This document shows positions 22,878 to 33,665 of a stretch of DNA of 64,000 nt, piece after piece. The DNA is taken from assembly GCA_000091205.1 (NCBI GenBank), contig AP006491.2; one strand, 5' to 3'. The notes beneath the pieces were generated by a model, which had not been told where the DNA came from, searched no databases, and worked only from the letters and a program-made list of their open reading frames with translations. Position 1 is the first letter of the stretch; each line of letters begins with the position of its first letter. Position numbers and translations under genes: made by a program. Source of the stretch: Cyanidioschyzon merolae. Its lineage: Eukaryota.

Positions 22878-24210
22878 CGGCGTGTAAGTTCGGGTTGGAT
22901 GGAGTACGCGCTGCATCCGGCAGACAAGAATCCTGTAAAGGAACATGTTTATGGGAGCGTAACTCGGAGCCCGTTGCGCTGAAATGCCGCTAGCATCACT
23001 CGGGATTCATTGATACCTAATGCGGGATATCGTGCAAACGCCTTTCGCGGCAGACGAGAGTACGCATGAGCACTGGGTAAATGGATCATAGAATCGGAGA
23101 GACCGCCTTGTGCCGTCGTGTGTTCAAGAGATCGCCGTCTGGTTTCCTGTAGCCAACGGCAATTGCAGCTGATGCGCCCGCCGCTGATGTATGGCACGAA
23201 CATCGTCGCATAGGCGCTCGGCGAAAATAACTGCTTACTGTTTTCCGATTTAGTCGCCAGTTCCGCGCACTTTGCTGAGCAAAAAAACGTTCAGCAATGC
23301 GTCGGCGATTCCAGCACCTCCTCAAATGTAAAAGCGAAGCGCTTGCGCACATAAAAGCATCGATGATGTGTTCCACGTATGCGATAGATGGGCCTTACGC
23401 ATACCAAGCGGCGTCAAAGCAAGGATCGTTCGCGTTTACGACTAAACACAGTGGTAAAGTGTCGTAGCCATGAGGCGCAGCTGTCGCCTCCGTGCGCATT
23501 CGTTCCCGCAACGCAACGATGGCGACAGCACACCTACGATAGCAATGCAGGTCTCCATTATCACAGCGCATGGGCTTGTGCAAACTTCACGCCTGCCCCA
23601 TGCCGACCTCAGATAGCGCCTGTCTCCTAAGCAGAGCGCTCCACCGAAGCAGCGCACGCTGAACAACACAACAAAGTAGCAGCAACCAGTTCGCGCCTCA
23701 GATACAGTGCCTACCCTACTTTGGCGATATCAACGCAAACGAAGATGCCTGCGCGCGCAAATGCACGGACACACGCACACGGATGCGCCGCAACGTGTGC
23801 CCTCACGCGTGCGCATTGCCGTGCAGCGATGGTGCGTGTCCGATGAGCGCGTGAACGCCGCACGATCCGCGATTCGAATCTACCGGAATGACGTGCACGC
23901 AGCGGTGCGCATGCGTGCCGGCTCGATGCGCCTTATTTCTTGGTGATTCGCGAGCGCCCTCGTTCGAGCAGTCGGCACGATGCTCGCCCAGCTGCACGCC
24001 GATCACTCAAACGAACAGCCAGCGGGGGTTCTGCGCGCGCGCTGCGGCTGCGGCCCCCGAGCGCCATCTCCGAGGCGCAAAGCGCGGCGATCGCTGCATG
24101 CCCGTCCGAGCACCGTGCCGTGTCACGCACATGCGGCGACTGCTGCGCCAACGACATTCAAGAAGCGACTGGAGCAACTGTTCCAGCAGCAGCAGTAGTT
24201 GCAATGCCTA

Positions 24211-24966
24211 TCACTTGTTGCACGCAAAGGTCATATCCGCCTCGACGGCAAGTTCGCCATCGACGTAGCCTCGCCCGCGGCACTTAGCGATGCCAAAGCG
24301 CTTGCGTAGCGCCATCACCTGGCACTCCATCACGAGCACGTCACCCGGACGCACCGGCCGCCGCCAGCGCAGATTCTCCACCGAGGCAAACAGAAACAGC
24401 CTCCCAGGCTCGCTGTCTGGACCGCTCAACAGCATAAGGCCGCAGCACTGCGCGAGCGCCTCGAGCTGCAGCACACCAGGCATAATCTTGGCAGACGGGA
24501 AGTGGCCCTCGAAGAACTGCTCGTTGTACGTGACGTTCTTCACCGCCACGATCCGCTGCTCGGCCGCACACTCCAAAACCTTGTCCACCAGTAGAAACGG
24601 GTAGCGGTGCGGGAGCACGCGCTCAATGGCCTCGGCGTCCAGCACCGCTGCAGGCAGCGCAGAGCGCCGCGACAGCTCCGCTACGTCCGTGGGCGTCGAC
24701 GGCGCCGGCACTGCACTCGTCGCGCTGGGCGCTCCGCCGTTCGCAGCCACCTGCTCGGCGCTGGCGCGTGGCCCGCACCACCGCCGCTGGCGCGGCTGTG
24801 TGCGTACACCGCAGTCAGCCTGGGCAGCGCTCGTCCTCTGGCACGGTCGCAGCAGCAGCAGCGGCGGCGGCTGCAGCCTCGCAGTGGGGCCGAGGCAGAC
24901 CTCTCGGCAGTTGCGCCTACGAGCGAGCAATACGCTGTCTGCTCGTCCAGTTGAACAGAGAAACAT
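24211..24966 (-). CDS. fabZ: 3-hydroxyacyl-ACP dehydratase FabZ (type II FAS, hot-dog fold) with ~100-aa Arg/Ala/Pro-rich N-terminal presequence
   Basis: VLPHRYPFLLVDKVLECAAEQRIVAVKNVTYNEQFFEGHFPSAKIMPGVLQLEALAQ matches the FabZ active-site region (HRYPFLLVD...NEpFFqGHFP..P.mPGVL..EA.AQ). Confidence 0.75.
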   Translation of the reverse strand: MFLCSTGRADSVLLARRRNCREVCLGPTARLQPPPLLLLRPCQRTSAAQADCGVRTQPRQRRWCGPRASAEQVAANGGAPSATSAVPAPSTPTDVAELSRRSALPAAVLDAEAIERVLPHRYPFLLVDKVLECAAEQRIVAVKNVTYNEQFFEGHFPSAKIMPGVLQLEALAQCCGLMLLSGPDSEPGRLFLFASVENLRWRRPVRPGDVLVMECQVMALRKRFGIAKCRGRGYVDGELAVEADMTFACNK

Positions 24967-25093
24967 GTACGAGGCCTATGTTGGAGCAACACACTGTATA
25001 ATCGAGGGTGTTGCGCACAAGCCTAGCGGCGCTCAAATACTGAATACGTGTGCATACCCAAAATCGCAGGCGATAAGTGTCGGTCGATGCGCG

Positions 25094-25270
25094 TCACGCA
25101 ATACGCGTCATGCGATCTGCGCAGTGCGATGTGCGTAGGTCGATACGCATAGTGCGATGCGTGTAGTGCGATGCGTGTAGGTCGTTACGCGCAGTGCGAT
25201 GCGTGTAGTGCGATGCGTGTAGGTCGATACGCGCAGTGCGATGCGTGTAGTGCGATGCGCTCATGCAGCC
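25094..25270. repeat. Tandem repeat (15-bp gtgcgatgcgtgtag subunit within a ~45-bp unit, ~4 copies)
   Basis: Read directly; it produces the ASHYTHRTARIDLH peptide repeats in the spurious ORF 25094-26059. Confidence 0.85.
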
Positions 25271-26933
25271 TCGACAGCAGAGGCGCTGAACACTGGCAGC
25301 GGTGCTGATACTAGCCTTCGCAATCAACTGCATACCAATGCTGGTCATCAGGAACGATGCGCTGGCTGCTCGCAGCGTCAAGTGCTCCTGGCCGGCACCG
25401 AGCTGCTGGCGAGCATCCGTGCGCGCGCGCAGTCGACCGCCGCGACGCCACCGAGGCCTGCCAGTGTCCAAGTTCCAGACGCGCCGCTCAGGCGACCGCG
25501 GCCTCCTGCAACGTCCGAACCTCCCCTGGGGGCACAGATACGGGACCCCGCGGCACACGCGCCTCGCCGGAAGGCAGGTCCATAGGAGCGCCCACCGCGC
25601 CACCTCTGGTGACGGATACCGCTCCAGGTACAGGAGGCAATGGGGTTGCGGCACGCGTAGCAGCGCAGCGGATCCATTTTTAGGCTCGTGCTTGTGAATG
25701 CGCTCCCGAGACGCCGACGAGTGCCTCTGAACTGCATGCAGTCGATGTGCTTGCGCGCTCCCGACCTGCTCCCGAGTCGACAGCAACGCCAATCCTCTGG
25801 CTGGAAAGCAGCGCACTCGGGGCGAGGTATTCCAGCGGCAGAAGTGTGTGCCTGCATAGCGCCGTTGCTGCAGGCGCGACACCGCTGCGCCGAATCGCCC
25901 ACTGTGCTGATGCCGGTCCCGCTGCAGTCCTGCGCTTCGGAAAAGGCGCCCAGCCTCATCTTTGATGCCGTTCCTCATGAGCGAGTGCGACCAGAGATAG
26001 CACTGCACGTCACCGCAAGAAACATCACTGCATTGGCCTGCTGCACGAAAATCAGCCAAAATCGCGCACAGTCCGCGTCGCTACACCATTTGCGGACTCC
26101 ACGCGTGCCTTGGGTTCTGGAAATGTGCATGCTACGCGCCGAGGCATCCAGGTCAGCGCTGGCAAAGGCCTGCGAACCAACCGACAGCCGGTGCTACAAA
26201 CGTGGGCGCAGGTCGCTCATGGGCATGCGCTCGCGTTCGTGACGCTTCTCCAGTCGGTGTCGCGCGCTGCTCGTCATCGCGCACACGTTCTCGCGTAACC
26301 GCTGGAGGCGTGGATCGCAGCTCGCCATCACCGTAGTCGACAGCGAACAGCTCCCGCTCCACGAGTGTCGCCCGCCAGGGCATCGGCGCATTCATACGAT
26401 CGCAAAGCGCCGCGAACCCGCACAGCCATGTCAAAGAAACGGATCGCCTCCACTTGCCGAACTCGGGCGTGCAAATTAAGGTTTAGGTCTCTGCCCAGTG
26501 TCACGAACAGCAGCTTCTGCAGGCTTTCTCTGCGACTGCCTCCTTTTCCCATTTCTTTTCCGGATTCACATACGCCAATATCTCCGTTGCTTGTAACTCC
26601 GTTTACGCTGTCGAAGGATGTTGATGGCAGCGTTCAAGCTCGATTTCGACGCTCCGGATTGTTCTTGACGCATTTCGTGTACAGGCAGAAGTTGCGAACG
26701 ACAGCCGGCTTTGCCATTTTCATCTTCCTTGCATACATACTCGATGCCCTTGGACGCAGCGGTGTATCTTGACTGTGGCCAGATGGTCGCGAAGGTACCC
26801 CAAACTTCGCATTCCGGGTGCTGCTGTGTATCGGCGAAGCGATCGCTGCGTCGCTCGGGAAATGCCGGTGACAGGCAGAGAAAGCTTTCACCGATGCCGA
26901 CCGCGTTTCAGCTGCCGCTGTCGTATGCGGCGA

Positions 26934-27638
26934 TCACGTCTTTCTGCTGCATGATTCTTTTGAAGAGCTATCTGTCTGCTGCATACGCAAGCGCAAACTG
27001 TTCCATATGATGGACAATCTGTGGAAGCTGATTTTGTCCATGACGAAGTAACCATCAGAAGGATACCTCAGACCGGAGTACAAATCGATAAATCTTGATC
27101 CGTCTACGTTCTCTTCGTTCAGCGCTACGACGCACTCTGCACTGGAAGCGATCGCTGCGGTGACTGGTCTCCAAGTCCAATAGTCTTTTCTACTGTGAGC
27201 AGAACAGACGGGAGCCCTGTGGCAGCATGCACCGCGACGAGTATGAAACTGTTCGTGAATGCCGTTTCTTTGATGACCATAGAGAGGGGCGGATTTCTCC
27301 TTCGAACCAAGTCGATACTTTTTCTTGATAAGTGCTCTGTACTTTCGACATGTTGTTATGAACAAGTCGTCAGGGGCCCAAGTCCTATAGTTTACGTCGT
27401 TCATCCAGCGCCGCGAATCGCTGCGCGCATGAGTTGCATGGAAACAGAAAGATCGAACAGTTGAAGAACGCGTGACTTGAGCGTATTGCGCTTGAGGAAA
27501 ACAGAAGAATAGAGGCTTGTATTTATGAATCGAATAATGATTTAGGTCATTTTTACCAATCCTCATTCGATGTTTTCCTGAATCATCTTGTTCCCGATGA
27601 CGTTCCAAATTCCAACCGCCAAGTGTCAAAAGAGTCAC
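26934..27638 (-). CDS. Hypothetical protein in an AT-rich island (possible family with ORF 56340-57101)
   Basis: 234-aa ORF in an AT-rich block next to a Fanzor-like fragment. Weak by-eye resemblance to the 56340-57101 ORF (RFIDLYSGLRYP vs RFMIRAVFARYP; ALNEENVDGSRF vs NLKNHSTMNLERF). Confidence 0.2.
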   Translation of the reverse strand: MTLLTLGGWNLERHREQDDSGKHRMRIGKNDLNHYSIHKYKPLFFCFPQAQYAQVTRSSTVRSFCFHATHARSDSRRWMNDVNYRTWAPDDLFITTCRKYRALIKKKYRLGSKEKSAPLYGHQRNGIHEQFHTRRGACCHRAPVCSAHSRKDYWTWRPVTAAIASSAECVVALNEENVDGSRFIDLYSGLRYPSDGYFVMDKISFHRLSIIWNSLRLRMQQTDSSSKESCSRKT

Positions 27639-28135
27639 CCCGAGAACACGACCGGGAATCCCTAAACGAAATATGAATCCATAAGCCCATATTGCTGCAC
27701 TTTCATGTCAAGGCTATCCCTGGAGAGCATGCTCGGAACAAAAAATCTCGTGGTACGAACAGAGCGATCAGTGCTGTGCCACTTTAATCTCATATGCGCT
27801 GATAGACTTTCACATGCATTGCGTTCCACACCCAGGGGAATGGCATCAAATGCTTCTTCACGGTTGATAGTGGATGCGTTCGAAGTGCGCTCAGTTGAGG
27901 AAACAAAAATTCAAGGGAAACTTATGGACATGAAAGTCGGGGATCCTGGAGCCCGATCATCGCCGAGCGCCGACTAAAAACGAGAAAACCCTCTCCTCGC
28001 CGATCGTCGAGTGAAAAAGGGCAAGCGACAAAGAAGAAGAGAAGGAGAGCTTGACGAGAAAAGTGCTTTGCCCGAGGAGACAATGACGAGAATGCAGTGG
28101 CCATGAGGGCACCAGCTTGAGGACGCCTTGCACTG

Positions 28136-28348
28136 GTGAGTTCAAACAGCGACAATGAACGCAAGGAGTTCGTGAACCGAGACTTCACCGCCGCTATCTA
28201 TCTCAGAAGATGTGTGGAGCTGACCACGAGACCCGAGGAGCTGACGCCATCCAACTTCCTGGGTTACACTCTAATGCCCGCAGCGCACAAGGAAAAGCTG
28301 AAACCGTTCGCAGCGGGCCAGTCAAACAAGTCTAGGAGGCGTCCGTGA
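28136..28348 (+). pseudogene. TnpB/Fanzor-like RuvC-III C-terminal fragment (5'-truncated copy)
   Basis: KEFVNRDFTAAIYLRRCVELTTRPEELTPSNFLGYTL...KEKLKPFAAGQS parallels the C-terminus of the 55055-56128 ORF (MEFVNRDFNAASNIRRCAV...PELTRVNFVGQPL...GKLKPFVWGRS). An in-frame stop lies just upstream, at 28118-28120. Confidence 0.5.
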
Positions 28349-28360
28349 TTACATATGTAT
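28337..28360 (+). repeat. Perfect 10-bp-stem hairpin (GTGATTACAT-atgt-ATGTAATCAC) overlapping the stop codon of the Fanzor-like fragment
   Basis: Palindrome read directly from the sequence. Confidence 0.6.
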
Positions 28361-28457
28361 GTAATCACCATGGTCGTGGAGATTTTTTCGTTTTACTGAT
28401 CACCCGTACCCGCCCGCGCCTTGCGGAGCTCTCGCCCAAATCGCTGTCGTTTGCGCT

Positions 28458-29138
28458 GTGGTCCACGTACCGACGGTTCCAAGAACTGTCGCTCTACGGA
28501 GCGGGCGTTTTCGCGCTCCCTGGCACAGTGAATACGCTTCTTTGTTGAGAAGGCTGATGGAGCGGCACCTGGGTCGCTCGCAACCGTGCTGGGTTCCAGC
28601 ACCTGGATATCTCCTGCGCTGGCACGCGCAGTTCGGCAGTTTCCAGTCTACTGTACGCCAACGAACCGCTATCGTTCCGACAAAACGTCTGCAGCGGCAG
28701 TTTCTCATGCTGCACGAGTTCCTACCGAGCACCGTCGGCACGTCGTCACGCGCCACAGGCGAAGCGAAAGGAGCTGCGTTCGACTGGTTGAACGCAGCGA
28801 TGCAGGCTCAGGAGGCATGCCACGTGTTCGCCGAGTCACCGACGATTTGCCGCTACATGAACGAAAACCGCCAGGATCACCTGATATCTTACTTACGTCG
28901 CTTTGGCTCGGGGGATCTCGCAGCAAGCCTTGATGAACTGGAGCGCGTTGAAATGACCCAGGTCGACGAATACGGGTTTGAGCTTGACCTGATCATGTGC
29001 AGTCAAGCCCGCAACAATTGTGTGTGCGTTCACGAGCGCCTCTCGTGGCCAGATGGGGGTCACTGCGACACCGTTGAGCAGTGTGTCGAGAAGCTGTCGG
29101 ACATGTCTCAGAGGTGCGGTCTTGGTGAGCTGAAGTGA
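28458..29138 (+). CDS. Hypothetical Cys-containing protein (no family recognised)
   Basis: 226-aa ORF with GC3-rich codon usage typical of the neighbouring genes; the likely start is the internal MERHLGRS. No recognisable motif. Confidence 0.25.
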   Translation: MVHVPTVPRTVALRSGRFRAPWHSEYASLLRRLMERHLGRSQPCWVPAPGYLLRWHAQFGSFQSTVRQRTAIVPTKRLQRQFLMLHEFLPSTVGTSSRATGEAKGAAFDWLNAAMQAQEACHVFAESPTICRYMNENRQDHLISYLRRFGSGDLAASLDELERVEMTQVDEYGFELDLIMCSQARNNCVCVHERLSWPDGGHCDTVEQCVEKLSDMSQRCGLGELK

Positions 29139-29442
29139 AGCAGAGCTTGGCTCAGGGCCTGGTGAACGCCCAGCACCACATTCGGTTAATGACGAGCGCA
29201 TCCTAGTGACATCGGTTGCCGTTCCGTGCACATCGCAGTGAACTCCATCCTGCACCATTGCAGTCGCAACGGCAGCATGCGTCTACAGGGGCGTTGGGCA
29301 GCGCTGGGCCTCTACTCGGTACAGGGGTATTCTATCACGGGCATTTAGACGCTTGGGAAGTTTAAAGCGTTTCACACGAGTTTTTTTTCAGGACGTAACA
29401 TTTTCGTCTGCATATGCGGGATAACGCCGACAAGCGGGGTTC

Positions 29443-30195
29443 TTGTGTGCAGGCGCGAGCTACGCGCAAGAAAACTTCCAGGGCGCTGGCGCGAGTAGCG
29501 CATTACGAGGTACGCTCGCCGTTCTGCTCCCGTTGAACGGAACGTGCCGTTGTCATATGTGGGTTCCAGCTGCGGTTCCAGGCAGGACTCGGAGGCTAAT
29601 GCCGGCTGGCAACAGCACCACAACCACTACCGCCAACAACAACAACAACAACAATACCAACAGAAACAACCGGGTTCGGCTCAGCGCGCGGAGCAACGAG
29701 GAGCAGGGTGCGGGCTTTCGGCCTGCTGAACGCGGGCGGCAGCGCTGGCGACGACCTCGCCTCAGCTGGGAGCAGCTCGAGTCGGAGGCACGCACAAACC
29801 CGTCGGAGTTTCGCGTTGGAACGGTCAAGTTCATCAAACCATATGGCTTTTTAGTGGACATAGGCGCAGAGCGGCTCGGTCTCGTACCGCTTCGCGAGGT
29901 TGCGGACCACTTTGTGCGCGACCTGTCCGCGGAGGCCGCTCCCGGGGACCGCGTGCTTGTTCGCATTCTCAGCGTCGATCGAGATCGGGGCCGCATTGCG
30001 CTCAGCATGCGTGACCCGTCGCGTACCAGAGAGCGCCGACCGACTCCAGCGGAAAAGTACGCAAGCGCACTGCGAACCTTGGGCGAGTGGGGTACACCAG
30101 CCTGGGCAACAGAACCCGTACCTTGTGCGGGGCTGGTAGAGGCGCAACGTCCACTCGACCAGGGTGCAAGTCCTCGGGATACCATGGAGTCGTGA
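29443..30195 (+). CDS. S1 RNA-binding domain protein with Asn/Thr-rich (AAC microsatellite-encoded) N-terminal region
   Basis: S1/OB motif GTVKFIKPYGFLVDIGAERLGLVPLREVADHFVRDLSAEAAPGDRVLVRILSVDRDRGRIALSMRD; (AAC)n at 29620-29665 encodes NNNNNNN. Confidence 0.45.
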   Translation: MCAGASYAQENFQGAGASSALRGTLAVLLPLNGTCRCHMWVPAAVPGRTRRLMPAGNSTTTTTANNNNNNNTNRNNRVRLSARSNEEQGAGFRPAERGRQRWRRPRLSWEQLESEARTNPSEFRVGTVKFIKPYGFLVDIGAERLGLVPLREVADHFVRDLSAEAAPGDRVLVRILSVDRDRGRIALSMRDPSRTRERRPTPAEKYASALRTLGEWGTPAWATEPVPCAGLVEAQRPLDQGASPRDTMES

Positions 30196-30201
30196 TGGGC
30201 T

Positions 30202-32184
30202 TTACTCGTCTGCCTTCCGTGTACGGGATGTGCGTTTGCGAAGCGTGCCGCTGCCAGCGCCCGATGAGGAAACGTCGGCATCGTCGTCCGCGTCCGCATC
30301 CATGACCTCTTCCGAGCCCTTCCCGGGCGCACTTTCTTTCTGCGATGTTGATGCTGGGCGAGTCGCGTTGTCGTTTGATGTTGACCGAGAGGTAGCGGCA
30401 CCAGCTGCTTGGTCGTCTTCCTCGGTTTCATCGCGCTTCTTGCGATGCGCAGCGGAAGCACGGCTCGACAGGCGCTTCCTCCCCAGGGCATTACTAACCA
30501 CTAGCATGATGCTCACAATCACCGGTGGTATGAGTGCAGCCAAGATCATCGGCTGCCGCTGGAAGAGTTCGATCATTCTATGGACCGGCTCTTGGACGCC
30601 GGCGCGCGCCAGGAACTGGTCGATGACGTCCACTAACGACTCGATCTTGCCGAGCACCACCTCAACACCGTCGAGGAGTTTCATGCGCAGCGGCCCGAGC
30701 TCGTTTCGATCATCCGTTGCCTTTGGCTTGCGCGATTCCTCACGCTCCTTTTCCACTTTGACCTTCTTTGCCCAGGTCTGAACAGCGAATTCGTCAGCAA
30801 CCTGCGCGGCCTCTGAACCCGACAGGAAAAGGATGTTATCAAACGCGATGCCCTGATCCATCGTCCAAATTTCGATACCCACCGCTGTCACAGGCTGCAG
30901 CTGAATTTTCTCAACCCGGTAATACTCTGGATTTGGGATTTTCCGTGGTTGCCATTGCCCCTTGTAGGCGGGATTCGGTATCAGCGGCGCCTTCCATTTG
31001 CCGCGATACGACGGATTGGGGATCATCGGTGGCTTCCAGGCACCGCATCCGGGCGCGGTTGCGCATTTTGGATTGGGGATCATCGGTGGCTTCCATTCAC
31101 CGTCCTCTTCATCGTTCCAGGCTGCAGGCTTCACCGCGTCCGGATCGGGTATGAGTTTCGGCTCATCGTCAAGCCACCCAGGTGGTTTCGTGACATTCGG
31201 ATCCGGAATCTCGCGGGGAGCGTTCTCGTCCCAGTCGGCCGGTTTGGTAGCCGCCGGGTCGGGTATCATCTTTTCATCCACCCAGTCTGAAGGCTTCTTG
31301 TCTTCCGGATCATCGATCTCTTTGGGCGGCTCGATGGGTGGATCAAAATCTTCCCGCAACGACCCGCTGCGTTTCAGCTCCTTGTCCACGAAAACTTTGT
31401 AGATCTCTGAAGTCGGATCGACAACCAGTGTGTACAGGTGCGTGTTTCCTGTAGTGTACGGCATCGTTGGCGGACTACGCAAATGATGCTCGACGCTTTT
31501 GCCGGACTTCGGATTCACCGTCTTGATAATAAAGTGGACCTTGTTCGTTTCACCGCACTTGTCCGGACCGAACATGATAGAATACGGAGAGGTGTTATCG
31601 AGCTTTTCGAGTGGAATCTCTGTACCGAAGGGCTGCGTCAGGAGCTTGAGGTACGCTCCGCCGCAGGTGTGGCCATCCTCGTGCCGCACCTCGTACTGAA
31701 CAACAAAGGGTTTGCTACTCAGGTCAACATTCTGCGTTTTTCGCGCGATCCCGTACCTATGGGCTTTTCGGGTTACGAGCAGCGCTTTGTCACCGGCAAG
31801 CGGCGCGTTCTTTCCTCCGCCAACCGCCCAAACGCCAGTAAACTCCGATGACGTAGATCGCACCCAGCGTTCGAAAACGGATGCCTCGTCGTCCTGGAAC
31901 GATTCGGCGATGTGCACGACAAGTTTCTCCTCATCAAAAGTCTGTGGCAACTGACACGCATAACTGCCTCCTCTTGCCGCGGGATCGACAGTGGCGCTTG
32001 GCTCGGGTGTCGCGTCTCCCGCGCTGGCCCCTGTGGCTTGATCCGCTGACACCTCTGCGGCCGCGCTGTCACCAGCAGCCACACCTGCCACCAAACCCAG
32101 ACCTATGTTCAGGTGAGTCGTGATTGCTCCCAACGCGAGACATATAGCCAAAATAAACAGAATAGGACGCCCAAACTTTACCAT
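30202..32184 (-). CDS. CNX: Calnexin (ER lectin chaperone, type I membrane protein)
   Basis: Signal peptide; lectin-domain motifs (GGAYLKLL, IMFGPDKCG, HFIIKTVNPKSG, THLYTLVV); P-domain repeat motifs (IPDPxAxKPxDWDD x4, then GxWxPPxIxNPxY x4); C-terminal TM helix (LIPPVIVSIMLVVSNALG) and a charged cytosolic tail. 660 aa. Confidence 0.88.
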   Translation of the reverse strand: MVKFGRPILFILAICLALGAITTHLNIGLGLVAGVAAGDSAAAEVSADQATGASAGDATPEPSATVDPAARGGSYACQLPQTFDEEKLVVHIAESFQDDEASVFERWVRSTSSEFTGVWAVGGGKNAPLAGDKALLVTRKAHRYGIARKTQNVDLSSKPFVVQYEVRHEDGHTCGGAYLKLLTQPFGTEIPLEKLDNTSPYSIMFGPDKCGETNKVHFIIKTVNPKSGKSVEHHLRSPPTMPYTTGNTHLYTLVVDPTSEIYKVFVDKELKRSGSLREDFDPPIEPPKEIDDPEDKKPSDWVDEKMIPDPAATKPADWDENAPREIPDPNVTKPPGWLDDEPKLIPDPDAVKPAAWNDEEDGEWKPPMIPNPKCATAPGCGAWKPPMIPNPSYRGKWKAPLIPNPAYKGQWQPRKIPNPEYYRVEKIQLQPVTAVGIEIWTMDQGIAFDNILFLSGSEAAQVADEFAVQTWAKKVKVEKEREESRKPKATDDRNELGPLRMKLLDGVEVVLGKIESLVDVIDQFLARAGVQEPVHRMIELFQRQPMILAALIPPVIVSIMLVVSNALGRKRLSSRASAAHRKKRDETEEDDQAAGAATSRSTSNDNATRPASTSQKESAPGKGSEEVMDADADDDADVSSSGAGSGTLRKRTSRTRKADE

Positions 32185-33665
32185 ACTACCTTCCCTCTAG
32201 GCACTCAACGACTGTTGTCGATAACGAGCGTGCACCAGCGCACAGCGCAGAAGCATCGATTCGCTTCCGCCGCGCACGCATGAGAGGCACCCGCGCGTGC
32301 ATCCATCGTCCTGCATGGAGGACGTGTCACGCGCGTGCGGATGCAATCGGGGGCGTAGGCATCGCTGCGGGGATGGGGGGGGGCCTAAAGCGGCATCGCG
32401 CCCCCGCACTCGTGACAGATAAACGTGGGACACTGACCTGCTCCGCATGGTCACGTTTTTTGAATTTCCCCTTAAACATTGTTTTAAATTTGTAGCCTCG
32501 ACATTCGACGTGCTTTGAAATGGCCGAGGGACTCCCACGTACTTCGGAGATTCTTGGTCGTGCTTTTTTTGGAGTGGCGCGACTGACACTTTTCTGCTAG
32601 AAATTGTAGAGTCACCGGAGTCAAGATTATTCGCGACGCTCCTGAACACGGGGTCGTAAAACAGCCGATATCCGTATCCGATGCACACGCGCAAGCCTCC
32701 GCGCTTCTCAGTTCCTCACATGTAGCATGCTCAAATCATACTTGCTTTAGGTTTCGGCGCTTCATATTCCAGGCAACTCGTGGACGCTGCAGTTCGCCCC
32801 ACGTGATTGACGAGAAACGGTACTCGGCGTCGTTCGCTGACACGTTCCTCACAAGCCCATGCCGAACGTTCTTCGAACCACTCACGTCAAATTAGACTGG
32901 AGCCCGTTCGAAATACAAATCATCAGCTCTCTGCGGGCATCAAAGAAACGGAATTCGACAACTGCATGGTACCTCTTATGAAATATGCGATCGGAGGCTC
33001 CCGTCTCCTCTGTTCACGTGGAACATGAGATGCTGTGCGTGAACCGCAGCGACCTTCTGAGCATGGAATTTTCGGACCGGAACGGGAGGCAGTGAAGCCG
33101 GGACCTGAACCCTATCACCAACATCCCTCTACTGCTTAATTCGAGCTGGATGGGCATCGGCGACCAGCATATCTACAGTCTGAGAGAAAAGAGAGCAAGC
33201 CGAAGCAGATGCAGTGCAAATCCTGCACTGCTTGGTGTTCATCACAGCATGAAGAGACCCGAACGTTAGCATCTACACCCGAATGATGTAGGTGGACTCA
33301 TTCAACTTTGTCCTGACTTTGGTACGGATCGCGAGTTGTGGCGACACCAGAGGCGATTTTTTCGGTCTCACAGCACGTTTCCACGTAGAGCAGAGATTCC
33401 CTCGTGCGCGCGTCGCATCAGGACCCGGAAAAGCGTGCATCATTCCAAGCCCTATTTCCAAGATCCACGATCCAAACCTCCCTTTGGAGGAACGGGTCGT
33501 TTCCCACGTTCCACCGTGTGCCGAGCCTACAGGAAGCGTCTATGGTAGTCGTTGAACCGTCGGTGCCGACGCAGCACAGATACAGAACGGCTTTGGTAGA
33601 CCGTTGCGGGAGTCGGCTTCAGAACGCCGCTCGCTGAAGCACGTTCGGCGCTTGAGCAACCTAGT

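Noticed and set aside
24211-24966. Bacterial-type fabZ and lysA (52993-54666) as possible bacterial contamination or recent HGT
   Set aside because: Both share the GC3-rich codon usage of neighbouring eukaryotic genes, are flanked by eukaryotic genes on the same contig, and carry N-terminal presequence-like extensions typical of nuclear-encoded organellar enzymes.
25094-26059. 321-aa ORF with ASHYTHRTARIDLH repeats
   Set aside because: Generated by the tandem repeat at 25094-25270 and GC-rich sequence with few stops; no domain signal.
27705-27977. ORF containing KLMDMKVGDPGARSS as a possible RuvC-I (GIDPG-like) segment belonging to the 28136 Fanzor-like fragment
   Set aside because: Only a 5-residue resemblance; the spacing to the RuvC-III motif (~230 bp) is far too short without a large internal deletion; kept as speculation only.
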